Positions 62,478 to 64,000 of a stretch of 64,000 bases of DNA are shown here, piece after piece (the stretch's first letter is position 1; every line of letters begins with the position of its first letter). Under the pieces are notes generated by a model that was given only the letters and a program-made list of their open reading frames with translations, searched no databases and was not told the DNA's origin. The DNA is from Malacoraja senta (lineage: Eukaryota): the NCBI GenBank assembly GCA_038087875.1, contig CM075992.1, forward strand, positions 12,154,001 through 12,218,000, read 5' to 3'. The translations under genes were made by a program, and so were the position numbers.

Positions 62478-62865
62478 ATGTACAGATACATGACCCATCT
62501 ATCGCCACCCAGCCCATCCACAGGATGCACTTTACAGTCACCACATGCTGGGGAGTGTGGTCAGTGTGGTCGGGCAGAGATTGTGGTCATCGCCACTCGA
62601 AATCACCTTCATTCTACCATCATTCAGGAACAAGAAGCTTGAAACCGCACGCACCACCAGCCTCAGGAACAGCTTCTTCCCCTCTGTAATCAGGCTTCTG
62701 AACGGTCCTTCCATAAGCTAGGGTACTGTCCGATTCACCTCTACCCCATTGCGGACATTGGACTTTGTCTGTGGAACTGATGCGCTACAATGCTGAGAAC
62801 TATATTCTGCACTCTGTATCTTCCCCTTTGCTCTACCTATTGTACTGGAGTTTGGCTTGATTGTA

Positions 62866-64000
62866 ATTATGTATCGTTTAGTTTACAGATACAGCACAGA
62901 AACAGGCCCTTCGGCCCATAGAGTCCGCGCTGACAAGCGATCCCCGCACATGAACACTATCTTACACTCTAAGGACAATTTACATTTGATACAAAGTCAA
63001 GTTGCCCTTCAGGTTTCTATTAAATCTTTTCCCCTTTTAACTTAAACCTATGTCCTCTGGTACTTGATTGCCCTACTCTAGGTAAAAGACTCTGCATTCA
63101 CTCTATAAATGACCTTCATGATCTTATACATGGTGGTGCAGCGGTAGAGTTGCTGCCTCACAGCGCCAGAGACCCGGGTTCCATCCTGACCATGGGTGAT
63201 GTCTGTACGGAGTTTGTACGCTCTCTCCGTGACCAGCGTGGGTTTTCTCCGGGAGCTCCGGTATCCTCCCACATTCCAAAGACGTGCAGGTTTATAGGTT
63301 AATTGGTTTCTGTAAAAATTGTAAATTGTCCCCAGTGTGTGTAGGATCGATGCGTAGTTAGTGTGTGGGGATTGCTGGTCAGCATGGACTCGTTGGACTG
63401 AAGGGCCTATTTCTACACGGCATCTCTAAACTAAACTGAACTTAACTAAACTAAACAGGAAACTAAACAAAAGTAAACTAAACTAACCGGTATAAGATCA
63501 CCCGTCATCCTCCTGCGCTCCCTGGAATAGAGTCCTAGTCTGCCCGACCTCTCCCTGTAGCTCAGGCCCTCAAGTCCTGGCAAGGTCCGAAATGTTGACC
63601 TGTGATATCCAGGTGGGCCGGGGGCATTGGAGGTAGGAGATTGCAGGACCTGCCCACCACAGCAACATGAGGGTTCACGAACAGTGTCCCTACTTGTGGA
63701 AGGTTCAGTTCTCACCCGGGCAACTGCTGGACAAGACCACAAAATGATAACAGTTTTGAAACTGTGAAACAAAAAGGGAAAAAAGACAACGAGCGGCTCA
63801 AAAATAAAACAACCTCCATCTGGATTGTTGAACGTGAAAGTAAGCTTTGGTCTCCATATTTGAGGAAGGACATTCTTGTAATTGAGGGACAGCAGCGTAG
63901 GTTCACGAGGTTAATTCCCGGGATGGCGGAACCGTCATATGTTGCGAGAATGGAGCGACTGGGCTTGTATACACAGGAATTTAGAAGGATGAGAGTCAAA
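62866..64000. repeat. Inverted near-identical duplicate of 36590-37725, running off the window end
   Basis: Direct reverse-complement match with scattered substitutions. Confidence 0.92.

Overview
Repeat-dominated vertebrate genomic DNA. The CR1, L1, L2, Rex1/Babar, RTE-X, DIRS1, Penelope and tRNA-derived V-SINE/HE1-type content points to a cartilaginous fish, probably a skate or ray (inference from repeat types). There is a 200-N assembly gap at 37726-37925. Host coding sequence consists of (i) seven + strand exons (44776-56686) that splice in frame into the complete 7TM domain and C-tail of an adhesion GPCR of the ADGRE/EGF-TM7 type, with no GPS exon visible, and (ii) a - strand calcium-binding EGF exon (12855-13007) with candidate neighbouring exons, probably from a second and possibly defective paralog. 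The rest is mostly nested mobile DNA: five DIRS1 tyrosine-recombinase retrotransposon copies or fragments sharing an AAT junction core, L1s (one with a clean TSD), CR1s, an ERV remnant, hAT and Harbinger MITEs with TSDs, and mini/microsatellites. The most notable signals are about 12 minimal hammerhead-ribozyme motifs carried by Penelope termini and short Penelope-derived elements, tandem repeats that appear seeded from splice junctions of the GPCR gene, and an inverted >1.1 kb duplication ending exactly at the gap. I found no clearly new protein system; all calls come from reading the sequence by eye, without database searches.
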